The notes beneath the pieces are model-generated. The model had not been told where the DNA came from, searched no databases, and saw nothing but the letters and a program-made list of their open reading frames with translations. Position numbers and translations under genes: made by a program. A stretch of DNA of 64,000 nucleotides from Octopus bimaculoides (lineage: Eukaryota): contig NC_068984.1 of the NCBI RefSeq assembly GCF_001194135.2, positions 31,228,512 to 31,292,511 on the forward strand, written 5' to 3'. This document shows, piece by piece, positions 11,471 through 24,199 of this stretch; position 1 is the first letter of the stretch; each line of letters begins with the position of its first letter.

Positions 11471-14381
11471 ATCTCATTCTGTCAATTTATATATATGCAT
11501 GCTAATACATGATCCACGTTGGACTCATCTCTCGTATCATTATCAAACCAGGAGTTTAACCATGGTCTATCCGAAGCACTTACTTGGTGTTACCCAACAC
11601 ATTTTGAGTCTTCTTGATACCAATAAATCTCATACCCTATATAAATATTTGTTTATATCATCCAATCCATACCAGCATGGACAACAGGCATTAAATGGTG
11701 ATGATGATGATGATGATGATGCATCAGTCACTGGACTTGCTTTGGTCACTGGACTACAGCTATGCTGGAGCAACATGTAATATGCTGTTTCCTTTTAAAT
11801 TTCATTTCAGTCTTGTTAGCAAACTGGATGTTCTTAACGTATTACTTTCGACAAAATTCTGTATGAATTTTCACAGTTAGTTGCACTGTGTTCACACACA
11901 CATTATGGATTATAACATAATAGTGTGATGTATAATTAACCTTGGCTGCTTTGAAATAAATCAACCCTGTATTGTATTTAAAGTATATTCACTTCAATGT
12001 GAGAGCATATTAACTTGGGTGTTAACCCTTAAGAATCTTCACAGTCAGACAAGTGTGATTACTCATACAAAATGGATTATGTCAAAGCCTGTGTGGTGTA
12101 ATCTAAAATTAAGAAGTCTATCAGAATTTATATATACTTAGCCAGTAGTAGACTTTAGTTGTGTTAGACCTGATAATGTCCAATAAGTATGAAAATTATA
12201 ATTTTCTGGTTGCTAAGCTCGTATTTTCTCTCCTTAGCCTATTTGTTTAATTATCAAACTTATTTCACAGTACACTAAATTATGTTCACTTACGCAATAT
12301 TTCACACCAGTGAAAATGTCTGTTAGAGTTTTGTTCCAAATGTTTGCCTGTAATACAATAATATCAATTTGTCTGAGAAATTATACATGAAGGGATTTGA
12401 TAAATTCTCTATTCACACTTTACAAATTACAGGAAATAATATCTTTGTTACGTGGCTCTTGTTTGAAGATAATTTCTTTTCTTTTTGTTGTCTTTGTTTC
12501 CTTGATGAACAATTTGTGCTAATAAAGCATATATACATACATAATTATTTTCTTTGTTAACCAGGGAATAAAAAAAGTGTTCTAATGACCTGTTAAAAAA
12601 ATAGTAAATTATGTAATAAACAAATAACACTGCTTGAGAAAAAAAAGATGCAATAAAACAAAACAATTGCTTGTAGATGATAATGACAGCTTTTAATTTC
12701 CTTCTGTGTCAATAAACGATGTTTTAATCTTCTTACTTTGATTTTATTATAATGAATTTGAAATAGTAAAGCAACAATAAATAAATTAAAAGAGCTGCTT
12801 GGGTTTCACATTAACAAATTTTTATTTTATTTTAATTAATGGAAGGTGGTTATAAGGTTAACCTGCTGAACCTATGTCAAACTGAGCAACTTAAAACAAG
12901 CGAAGGATGGAAATAAATTATAAGAGAAAGATGAAAACAACAGTAAACATGATGACATTGATGGTACTGATGACTTGTTTTGTAGGTGGTGTGTTGATGG
13001 TGCTGTGTTTATGGGACTGATCATAGCTTTAGGATAGTTGGCGGTGGTAGTGGTATTTTGACAGTGAAGCTGACAGTTGATGGTAGTTGTGATATTGATT
13101 GTGGCAGAAGTTATGCAAATGGTGATGATAATGATGGCAGTAGTAATTGTGTACATGGCAGTGGCATTGATGATAGTAATGTAAGAAGTGATGGTGGTAT
13201 ATATGGCAGGAGAGATGGAAGAGGTAGTGGCAATGGTAATACTGCCAATGCTTGTTTTGATAATGGTGATGATAAATTTGTTTTTTTTTAAATCTTATTA
13301 TGGCATTCTGTTTTATGTGACTTTTTGTAACAAAAAGCAAAACAATTATTAAAAGATAGAATTCATTCTAAAATAAGAATAGATTTACTGTAGGAACTGT
13401 TCTCTATGTCTAATGATCCAAAATTAAGTAGCAATATATGTCTAGTTAATACTGATATAGGTGAATAAATTTATTTTGGAAACTCTAATGTTAACCAGCT
13501 CCTCCATCACTGAACTGGAGAAGAATCAGCTTGATGATGTAGTTAAAAAGTGATTTTAGAAAACAAACAAAACACTAACAGCAAAAGTAATGCAACTCAA
13601 TAAACCATATTTTATTACAATGACTGTTCACACCTCACTGAGCAAGTTTTGTCAATGAAAGTATATCTATGCAGTTACTTGGCCTACAAGAAATAACAAT
13701 CAAATTACACCTTATTGTCTTCATAAAATGCGAAGTATGCATTGAATGATGTTGTCTAACAAGTTCTATTTCACGGCATGGCACTTTGGGTAAGAATCTT
13801 CTACCATAGTTTTAGGTTTATCATAATTTGGTGGATGGAAACTGAATGGAAGTTTATCCATGCAATGTTTCCTGTTCTTGGATCAAAAATCAAATCCATC
13901 ATCTAGTAGAACATCATCAACAGTTCCTTGGTCACCCTCCCTTAATGCTAGGATCATCTGGGACAGACTTAGAGCTTGAAAATAGTTTTCTACCTACAAA
14001 CCTTAGAGGCTGGGGAAGTGTCATGAGCATTGTCTCATGAATGAACAAATAAAAATATATTCTCATCATCATCATCATTTCTCATATTTGCATGCATGAA
14101 ATAAGATTATGTGGCCCTTCCTGGCACCTACTTCTATTTCCTGGTGACAAAAGTAGGCCAGACATGGTTATACAGAGAACCAGAAGCAAATAACACCATC
14201 CAACACCACCAGCAAGGGAATTGTTTACTGTCAATGAACACATGTAAAGACAAGGAGAAATATGAATTCACTCACACACACACATGCACACATGTGTCAC
14301 ATATGCATATATGTGTCTACATACATACATACATACATGCATATATATATATATATATATATATGTATGCANNNNNNNNNN

Positions 14382-14438
<57 letters not shown>

Positions 14439-14569
14439 AAGGTCAGGTGGGTTGTGAAGTTAAGGTATTTCCAGGGAAGCACTCGACCTGAATACTGGGC
14501 TATCAACACCTGGCCAATGGTGGAATTCTTCAAGTGAAGAAAATCCAGGCTTCATGACGATTATACTAC

Positions 14570-14778
14570 TTGTTTGTTGTTAACACAACTTTTCAGCTGA
14601 TATACTATCCAGCCTCCATCAGGTGTCTTGGGAAATTTCGAACCTGGGTTCTCATTCCTAAGGTATTTTTCGATGTTGTTGTTGTTGTTGTTATTATTAT
14701 TATTATTCAGGTCGCTGCCTGGAATTGAACTCGGAATCTTGGGGTTAGTAGCCCGCACTCTTAACCACTACACCATAT
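14570..14778 (-). mobile_element. tRNA-headed short retroelement with (AAT/AAC)n linker and hammerhead-type tail
   Basis: The reverse complement reads TGGTGTAGTGG (A box), anticodon-like CT-ACT-AA and GAGTTCAATTCC (B box), then (AAT)n(AAC)n, then ACATCGAAAAATACCTTAGGAATGAGAACCC...GACACCTGATGGAGGCTGG..CAGCTGAAAGTTGTGTT. Confidence 0.75.
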
Positions 14779-14800
14779 ACTCTTAACTACTATGCCATAT

Positions 14801-14837
14801 GACCTGAATAATAATAATAATAATAATGATGATGATG

Positions 14838-14887
<50 letters not shown>

Positions 14888-15050
14888 AATAATAACAACA
14901 TCGAAAAATACCTTAGGAATGAGAACCCAAGTTTGAAATTTCCCCAAGACACCTGATGAAGGCTGGAGGGTATATCAGCTGAAACGTTGTGTTAACAACA
15001 ACAAGATGAGGACAAATATCTGTCAAATGTAAATAATGTAAATAATGTAT
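14801..15050 (+). mobile_element. second, headless copy of the same element in inverted orientation
   Basis: GACCTGAAT(AAT)n..ACATCGAAAAATACCTTAGGAATGAGAACCC.. is the reverse complement of 14570-14712. It ends in a (GTAAATAAT) tandem tail. Confidence 0.8.
14948..14993 (+). ncRNA. minimal type I hammerhead ribozyme motif
   Basis: Stem I is GACAC/GTGTT. Core CTGATGA at 14953-59, followed by an extra A. Stem II is GGCTG-(10 nt)-CAGCT. Then GAAA, a loopless palindromic stem III AACGTT, and cleavage triplet GUU. Confidence 0.7.
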
Positions 15051-15089
15051 GTAGATTCTACTTCCTTATATGGGAGTGTTCGCTAGTAT

Positions 15090-15718
15090 CATGATTTCTG
15101 GAAAGTTCTTAACATTTTTTAAGCACTATAACTGATAAGAAACTTTAACATACTCACATCTTTATTCATTTAAGTAATTTCCATTGTCTTTTTATGACGT
15201 TAGTCCACCTAGCAGGCAATTTAAATGTTCCATCAGCATAAAATTCAGTTACTTTTGAGGCAAAAAAGTAATCTATGTGAGTTTTGATATGATCAATATC
15301 ATTAAATGATTTTCATTTTAGAGAATTCTGCAGAGACAAAAACAGATAGTCAGCTGGCGCAATGTCAGGAGAGTGTGGTGGATGGGGCAAGAGATCCCCA
15401 CTCCGCCTAGGTTCATGCATCTTTGTGTGGACAGCCAAAGACACATGCAATACGGCATTGTCCTGGTGGAACAGAACTCCTTTCCTCTTGGAGAGTGCTG
15501 GCCTCAATTCTTTGATCTTTTGATTGAAACTTTCTAGTTGACGGCAGTACACATCAGAACTGATGGTCCGATTTTGTGGGAGTAGCTCATAGTAAATAAT
15601 ACCTTTGAAATCAAACTAGACATCAAGCATAACTTTTTCTTACTATATTATCGTAAACAATCCAATTTTCACCTCCAATTACCAGTTGTTTCAGGAAACG
15701 CTTATTTTCATTGCGTTT
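15090..15718 (-). mobile_element. mariner transposase C-terminal remnant (DD34D-type)
   Basis: ORF 15313-15552 contains FHQDNA..H and LPHPPHSPDIAPADY (YSPDLAPxDY motif). Upstream, KRFLKQLVIGGENWIVYDN resembles the ITGDEKWIxYDN motif. Confidence 0.9.
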
Positions 15719-15720
15719 CA

Positions 15721-15880
15721 GTGGCTGTGTGGTAAGTAGCTTGCTTACAAACCACATGGTTCTGGGTTCAGTGCCACTGCGTGACACCTTAGGCAAGTGT
15801 TTTCTACTATAGCCTCGGGCTGACCAAAGCTTTGTGAATGGATTTGGTAGACGGAAACTGAAAGAAGCCTGTCGTGTATA
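15721..15880 (+). mobile_element. SINE family 1, 5' half, inserted into the mariner remnant
   Basis: GTGGCTGTGTGGTAAGTAGCTTGCTTACAAACCACATGGTTCTGGGTTCAGTGCCACTGCGTG; little diverged. Confidence 0.9.
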
Positions 15881-15889
15881 TGTCTGAAA

Positions 15890-16198
15890 TGTCTGGACCA
15901 CTTGTACACTTGTGTGCATCTCATACATTCCTCTCCATACACCTGCAACTTTGCATAGGCCTCTGAGCATGTATCACTATGACAACTTTCTCTGTAATGG
16001 TCAATGTGATGATCACATGCTACATACATTCCTGCCAAGCATTCCTGTAAACACACAGTGGAAGTGATCTAGAATGTTAGAACTTAGTACCCATGCACAA
16101 CAGTTTTCAAGGTCCATTTCTGCGAAACGGCTTGACTCTACATGCTTTAGCTTCATTACTATGGCAACAATCCAGATACTTATTGATCAGACCTCATA
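15890..16198 (-). mobile_element. mariner 5' end with TIR and transposase N-terminal HTH remnant
   Basis: The reverse complement begins TATGAGGTCTGATCAATAAGTATCTGG (mariner TIR-like). Translation SEAYAKLQVYGEECM..TQVYKW.R.F matches the mariner N-terminus. Confidence 0.75.
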
Positions 16199-16479
16199 TG
16201 TATGTATATTATGTATGCATGTATGTATGTATGTATGTATCTATGTATGTATATTTGTGTGCTGTAGTTTATTTATGCCAGTCCTGTAGCCAGTTACTTT
16301 GAAGTTTCCATGGCCTGCTGTTGGATCTTCAGAAATGTCAGACTGGTCAAAAAAGGGTTACTACACCACACTGAGGGTAAAAGCAGTTATGGATAGAAAA
16401 AGAACAGTGTGCATTGATAGTTGTAATAATAACAGTCAATGTAATATGTTTCACATTTTGGCACAAGGCCAGCAATTTA

Positions 16480-16640
16480 GGCAAGGTAAATTGATTACCT
16501 GAATCCCATTGTTCAACTGGTACTTATTTTATCAACTCCAAAAGGATGGAAGGCAAAGTTGATTCCAGTGGAATTTGAACTTCAGAATCTAAAGTCAAAA
16601 GAAAAGCAACTAAGCAGTTTTCTAAAAATTCTGCCACCTT
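16480..16640 (-). mobile_element. SINE family 2 (tRNA-headed)
   Basis: AACTGGTACTTATTTTATCAACTCCAAAAGGATGGAAGGCAAAGTTGATTCCAGTGGAATTTGAACTTCAG. Related pieces lie at ~7.55, 25.3, 50.05, 51.15 and 56.3 kb. Confidence 0.7.
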
Positions 16641-16667
16641 GCAGCCTAACATTCAATGTAATATTAG

Positions 16668-16882
16668 CCCCTTAGCATTTAATCTAGTCCATCCCAAATA
16701 TTCTACCTGTTTTATATTCATACTGGCCAGATCCAGCCTCTCACACATAGACTACAATGTTATTTTCAAAATAAGCAATCACATAATCAAAATCTCAAAA
16801 CTACGAGATAATGCATGATTAATTTAAAACAATGTGAATAAATAAGCATAATATTTGACAGACTAATCGAAATGCTAAAGAG
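16668..16882. mobile_element. piggyBac-type MITE (TTAA target)
   Basis: TTAG|CCCCTTAGCATTT ... AAATGCTAAAGAG|TTAA: imperfect TIRs and a TTAA-like TSD. Confidence 0.75.
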
Positions 16883-18725
16883 TTAATAAAAGTTTATGCT
16901 GAAATTAGTGAAAATACTTATCTGGAATCAAATATTTATATACAAAATTGCAGTTGGTAGTCAGAATATACTGATAAGAAAATCTTGAGGTTGGTAAACT
17001 TGAAGTTGCTTGACTTGCTAAATGTATTAGCCAAAATATCATCATTTCAATTTCTAGCTTCTTGAAAAAAGAAAGACCACATTGGAAAATGTAAAGTTAG
17101 AAAGATGGAAGGGTTGCTGGTGGAATGTGCTTTCAATATAGATCTGCTTGACTAGGACTGTCCTGGTGTTAAATAACAGGACCAATATTTATGATATATT
17201 AGAATTTACTAATGAGTAGAATATTAACTGTAAATATGTTCAATGTATTGCTGTTATTTAATGTCTTTCTGTCAGTATTTCTGTCATAGAAAGTGTACAG
17301 CAAATTCACAGCTACAAGATTCTTCATCTATTTTCTTATACATCTTTTGGAAAACTTTTACATCACTAATCAGGTTCAACACCAGGCTATCACTCCAGCA
17401 ATCATTTTGTCAAGTGAGTAATTATACATCCATGTAAATACTTCGGTTACATAACATTATTATGTATCTGTACAAGGTAAAAATACAAGAATAAAGAACA
17501 ACAAGTATTTAAGTCAACGTGAATATTTGACATTCTAAATTAGATTTTGTCACTTCGTTGCAAATATGATGTTATTGAAACTTGGTGTGTATGTTAACAG
17601 GCTGGAACATCTTTATATAGCAATGCTTAATAAATAACACAAATATAATCCTACCCAGTGTAAAGAAATATACACGTATACAAGTTGTGTGATTTATTTA
17701 CTCTCACATAATATTATCGCACAAAACAGTGAAACCTCAAAGAAAAATATACCATTGCAGTACTGGAAGTTTCCCCATATAGCATCTCTCAAACCAGCCA
17801 TTTATCTACCTAACTTCAACTGGTGAGTCATTATAGGAAACATTTTTTTCTTGTACTTTTATTCTTTCTTGGATACTAATCAAGAGTATTTCCCTATAGT
17901 ATTCTTATAAATGATAACAGCTAAATCTGACCAAGTATATATAAAAGAAACCAATGATAAAAACCAAGAAAAAAGAAACTTTAAAAACAAAATAAAAAAG
18001 AAAATGAAATGTGCCTATCAAATAGCAAAACATATGACAATAAGACAGATTAGAAATTTATATCAATAGCCTTGCCATCGCTGCACTGTTAAGAATGGAA
18101 TATAAGGCATTCAACCTGAAATCATTATACAGAAATTGTATTGACAAACTTTTCAGAAACTTTGACTAGTTAGCTGTTATAAAATATGTTCTTTCTTTCT
18201 TCTCCTCCCTGTGACTGCTTCAGACTGACAGAAAATAACAATATTAATAATAAAAAAAAAAACGAACCTCAAAGAGGCAAAAATTGGTAATTCTCCCGCA
18301 ATTTATTCTGTATGTTGCTGATTTATTAGAGTTTAGTACATCTTTGAAATTGCACTCATAATGGATTAATTATTTCATCAAATTCCCGCTTTCAAATTCC
18401 AGAAATTACATTTTTAGTTTCTGATAGAAAACAAATCCTAGTGGAATAGCATCAGTTAAATTCCTTATTGAAAAAATATCTATATAGATTAGTCTAGCAA
18501 AATATTTTCATAACAAATGATTTTTATTTTACTTTTTCATCTTTACTTATTTATTTATTCCGTGTCATAAAGCAATGTGTTCAATGATGACAAATAATTC
18601 TTTCACTCTTTGGATGTTAATAATACTAATTTACATTTTGAAGAAAATAAAACCCAGCAAAATACAAATATACACACATACAATGGAAAAAAATAACAAC
18701 AAAACAAAATACTTGTTTATATGTG

Positions 18726-18767
<42 letters not shown>

Positions 18768-20411
18768 TATAATTACTTGATTCATATATATTTACTTGAT
18801 TTCAAAATTTGATATAATATATAGAACATAGTTGCATTCATTATCACAAAAAAAAAAATCTATCTTTTGTTACTCAACCTATATTGCTCAGTATGAAGTT
18901 CTACTTAATAAAAAGGTTACCACATTCACCTACTTTACCTCCAGTTTCATTTCCCATATAAAAACATTACTAATTTTTTAGTGCTCTCTCTCTACATTAC
19001 TTCATACACGCAATTATTATGTGTACCAACATCCTTTTGTTGTTAAAGTTCAAACAAATATGAACTGGCCTGAGTGTACACCATGTCCTCCACAATTGGA
19101 TTTTCAGTTTTCCAGATTTCTCAATACCTCTTATTCAATGGCTAATTCCCTTCACATATGGAAAAATGCTATCTCTACTCCTCTAATTCTGCCAAATTTT
19201 GATCTATGACTATCTCATGTCTAATATTTCAAATACAGCAGTGATAATTACAGATAATTATTTCTCATAACAATTTCATTGTGTACTTTCTTCAGTGAGA
19301 ATGTATAGCTCCAAATCTTTCCAATTGAATCTATATTAACTAATAAAGGGACGTCAACTTGATTACTTACTCTAATAAAAAAACAAAAAAATAAAAAGAT
19401 CACCCTAATTTCCCTCAAATCAAACTACATCACCTCAAACAAAGAATGGCACATTGGATAAAATGTAGTTCCAGACACACTGAAATAAAAATGGGATGGT
19501 TATCACTTTAATCTCAAGTCTCCTCAGTCAATGTTGTCCTGGAGCTAAACAGCAACTAAAGTTTATTTTGCTGCAGAGATCCTTATAATAGCATATTGGA
19601 TTTTAGAACTTGGCTGAAAAAAAGAAAAAGACCTATATATTTCACATTAACCAAGAAAATAATAATTTCATTTCTCTTACAAATTTTTGTATAGGTAGCT
19701 GACTTCATTTTTCCCATATTTAATAGTACATCCAGGCCCTTGAGTGCCAATAACAAATGTATGCAACTATGTATGTATGTACTATGTATATATATGTATA
19801 TATGTATGTATGTCTGTGTGTGAGTGTTTCTTTACGATGAACAACAGAAAAGCCATCTACCCTTTCTCTCCTTAAAGCTATGTATTCCTCATACCCACCT
19901 TTCTGTGTGTGTGTGTTGTATCTATGTATTTACGAAAGTATGTATGCAGCGTTGCATGTATGCAGTGTTGCATGTATATGACAGCTGTGTTAATGTTAAC
20001 ATCTCATTGCCACTGTTGTTTTCATCTTCCCTGATATTAGTCACCCTCTCTCTGTTACTACATTTCCCTCAGACTAATACTTTTTGCAACCTTCTCATTT
20101 TATCTTATAATTTGTCCAATACCCTTGGGAGCATATTATAGGGTTTTATTGAAATCCAGTTGACCTATTTTTGAACTGGATGTTTGTGTAACATGTATGA
20201 AATGTTTCGTGAATATTGGTTCGCCGGTTTAGGCACTAAGATGGTAACAAACAGACAAAAATTGCTATTTATATATTAGATGTATGTGTGAGCACGTGTG
20301 TGTGTGTGTGTATTATACATGCATGTATGTGTATGTATATATATATATATCATCAACATCGTCGGCATTGTCGTTGTCATCATCCTCTTCATCATCATCA
20401 TTATCACCATT

Positions 20412-20870
20412 ATTTAAAATGTGTCTTCCATGCAGGCATATGTTGGATGATTTGACAGGGCCTCACAAGGCTGGGGGGGAGGGGCTGTACCAGGGTCCCT
20501 TGTCTGTTCTGGTATGGTTTTTATGGCTGAATGCCATTCCTACCACCAACCACTTTATGGTATATAATATTGTCTGACATGAGGGCACATTGTTACGCCC
20601 CCATGTCAGACAATATTATATACCATAAACCACTTTACAGAGCGTACTGGGTGATTTTTTTACATGGCACCAACACCAGTGCTTCTTATGTGACACCAGC
20701 ACTAGTGCTTTTTACTTGGAACTAGTACCAACAGGTCATCAAGTACCTGCCAAAAGAAAAATCCCTCAACTGAGTGGTTGAAGTTGTATTGAGGGGTATG
20801 TATGGCTTCATGTCAGTTGAGAAATTAAAGGTATACAGAGGCAGGGATAAGTGTCTTGCTATAGAATAGA
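20412..20870 (-). mobile_element. RTE-tail-type SINE/LINE end, interrupted by a mini-MITE
   Basis: CACTTTACAGAG.GTACTGG...ATGGCACC is shared with 8150-8195 and 35130-35175; a (CAT)n tail lies on the left. Confidence 0.65.
20556..20627. mobile_element. 72-bp hairpin mini-MITE with perfect 26-bp TIRs and 8-bp TSD
   Basis: TATGGTATATAATATTGTCTGACATG (20556-81) and CATGTCAGACAATATTATATACCATA (20602-27). TSD AACCACTT lies at 20548-55 and 20628-35. Confidence 0.9.
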
Positions 20871-21183
20871 TACATGGATACTCCAGTTGGAAAAGAAATG
20901 AGAGTGAGTTAGAGAATAAAATTAAGAGAGCAATAGTGATGGATTACCAAATAATATGTATGTCAGAAAACCTTAACAGCAAAAGTGCTTACATGCAATA
21001 CAAAAATATCCTTCCCAAAATTTATGTCATTCTGTCTTTTAAGATGTTTTTATATGATTGATAATTTTATTTTAATAATAAAAATAATTTTAATAAATTT
21101 AATATTAGAAATACGCACATATATATGTGCATGTGTGTGTGTGTGTATGTATATTTGCATATATACACACACATATACATGCA

Positions 21184-21228
<45 letters not shown>

Positions 21229-21435
21229 NNNNNNNNNNNNNNNNNNNNNNNNNNNNNNNNNNNNNNNNNNNNNNNNNNNNNNNNNNNNNNNNNNNNNNNN
21301 NNNNNNNNNNNNNNNNNNNNNNNNNNNNNNNNNNNNNNNNNNNNNNNNNNNNNNNNNNNNNNNNNNNNNNNNNNNNNNNNNNNNNNNNNNNNNNNNNNNN
21401 NNNNNNNNNNNNNNNNNNNNNNNNNNNNNNNNNNN

Positions 21436-22250
21436 TGTAATGTTCGCCATTAGCGTCCGTTTTAGCCTTTCGGCTTGACCCTTGGTGAGTTCTAGTTTTT
21501 CTACGCTGGATGTGACCCTGTTGATGTGTAATTTGGAGGAGACACATAGTTTAACAAAATGAAGCTGTTGAGTCGTCACGGTTTTCCGTAGGCTACTGAA
21601 TACAGTGTCTTTCAGTATCTTGCTAGCCTGGCTAAGGCTCGCGTTGTTCCGTTTACATATTTGTTTTGCAAGATTTTTTATGTGAAATCGTGTAATGTTC
21701 GCCATTAGCGTCCGTTTTAGCCTTTCGGCTTGACCCTTGGTGAGTTCTATATATATGGATGTATATAGTGAGGGAATTCAAGTAGATATAGGAATGAGTG
21801 TAGTGATCAGTGTGGGGGGATCAGGTGGTGGTATACACAATATGGGTGACGAGAGGTGCTGGGATGAGTGAACCAGCAGTGTCTTATTAGAGAAGGTACA
21901 AGACAAAAATAACCTGAGAACAGACCAAATTAATAACAGTAGACAAAATTGAGATATGAGACATCACGTCTGTGGGCAAGTGGTTAAAGTGTGTTGCAGG
22001 TTAATTTCATGCTAATTAGTGAAGTAGCCTTCCTTTGGACGTGTCCTTGCATAAATGTGTGTGTTCCAGAGTGTTAGTATTTTCTTTAGGTGTGTGTTGG
22101 GGGACTGAAGTATTTTGTGACATTCAAACAGAGGAAGGCCAGTCTTTGAGATAAGGCCTTCGATATGTTAAAGATGTGAATTTACTAGGATAAAATGTCT
22201 GTGATAGTAGGGTGTATCATGTGAAATAATTGTGAAGGTCCTGTCCACAT
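21436..22250 (-). mobile_element. probable Penelope-like element fragment (ORF N-terminal segment plus 3' region)
   Basis: An open 85-codon segment, MANITRFHIKNLAKQ...LELTKGQAERLKRTL, is CpG-rich relative to its flanks, and its ends are directly repeated at a 255-bp period. The family assignment is inferred from composition only. Confidence 0.45.
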
Positions 22251-23014
22251 CATCATTTTTCAAGTAAAAATAAAGTTGCAGAGTCTTCATAGGTTCAATT
22301 ATTTTTTCTTTTATTGCATACATATTCGGCAAGACAATACAAAGTGTTGAATGTATTTACTTCAGAAAATAGTTTCAAGGTGAATTAAACAATGCTATGA
22401 ACACAGGTGGGGATTTTAAGTATTTTACTTAATTCTACCTTTCTTGCACTATAGAATCATACATATTTACAATTTAGTTAGAATCCAGCTCCTGTCCATT
22501 GCTATGCACATTCTTCAACAGGCATTTCTATGTATTCAACTAGCTTAATGAGAACGATATCTTGTTTTCTAAGGCACTAGAAATTTTAAATAATTACATA
22601 AAGTAGTTAATGTTATGATAGATGTGGATTGTCTACGACTGTTTGTAAGCATCTTATGTAATTGTGAAAGACAAAATAATTTCCATATATTATAAATGAA
22701 AATATCAGCATCAAGTTGTATGGTTTTAAATATGAGAATTCAAACACCATCAAAGAATAAAGTTTTTTTATTAAAAATGAAGAACACCATCAGCATCTCT
22801 GTTGCCATTATTGTTATCATTGTCGTTGTCATCATGACTGTCCTAAACTCTGTTTACATACATACACATGCACATACTAGCACAATCACAGATATATATA
22901 CTTAAGATATATAACATATATGTATACATATCTACCTATATATATATCTATCTATTGACACATATACACAAAGAGAGGAGGAGGAAGGGAGAGAGAAGGA
23001 GAGAGAGAGAAGGA

Positions 23015-23046
<32 letters not shown>

Positions 23047-24199
23047 CCATAGCTTAGACTAACGCCTCCCATAAAAATGTAATAGAGACTTGGCAAACTG
23101 CATCACAGCCTATCCATCCAGGAGGAAAGTGACTCTAAGTAAAATGTTATAAAAGGTGGAGAATGTCTTTTCTTTTCTTCACCATAGACAACTTCTTTAG
23201 TGCCAGCACCAAGGGAAAATGCACTCAGTATACTCTATGGAATGGTTGCTGACAGGCAGGTGATATCACACCCAAAATTACATTAACATTAAATGTTCAA
23301 CTCTCTGCAGGCTGTATTGATGGTTAACCATCTAAGAAGGTATTGGTTCAAGGGTAGATTTTGATAGAAGGTAGAGAGCTTCTTTACTTTTCCTTTCATA
23401 TGTTAACTATTATTCTACTAATAGCATACAGAATCCATCTAGTACCCTTTATGAAATGACTGATGAATGGAGGGGTATAAAGCCACCGAAATAAAATTAA
23501 ATTAAATTTACAAGTGAAACATCCAATCTGCAAGGTGAATCACAGGTCAGTGCTCCACCCACATACGAGTAACTTTGAATAGAGGAGACCCTTCAGTCTT
23601 TCTACATGACTCAACTTTAGTTCATAAATTTATAGCTATACATTTATATTCTAGTAATAACTGTCTTAAAAAGTACAAAATGTTTCAAAAGTGTGCAAAG
23701 AAAATGGAATTAGTATATAATTCTCTAATTAAGTTTTAACTAAATAGGCTTCATGAAATTAGTTCACAAGATTTCATTTTGAGAGATAACTATGATCGTA
23801 GGTTTAAAAAATTTTTGACCAACAAAAATATAATCTGTTCATAAAAGCAAAGTATAATCCTTAAGTTTTATTTTGCAGATATCATTCTATATCTCTTTAA
23901 ATTACTTAATCTTACTTCTACAAATTCAGGCTTTTCTTTTTGTATATGGAAATAAATTCAATTATGTTATTATCTTCAGCCTCTCACTGTCTCTTTCAAA
24001 TTTCTTGCACTTTTTCAACTGTTCTCTATCTATATTGAGATTTAATTTCAAGTTGTTTTAGCACTTGTATATATAAGCTAAGCAGAGAATGAAGAGTTTT
24101 GAAACCACCACCAACAACAGCAACAACATTAAAATAATAATCATAATAATAACCTTGTTCTTGTTGCTGAATCACTACCAGAATTAGGTAGGACATTTC

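Noticed and set aside
14709-14778. Possible tRNA gene (A box, B box, ACT anticodon loop)
   Set aside because: The acceptor and anticodon stems pair poorly and there is no oligo-T terminator; it runs into a repeat body, so it is a SINE head.
22128-22175. GAAGGCC...GGCCTTC hairpin with hammerhead-like flanks (CAGAGGA...GATA)
   Set aside because: It has two core mismatches, extra bases, no convincing stem I, and the opposite orientation to the presumed host element.
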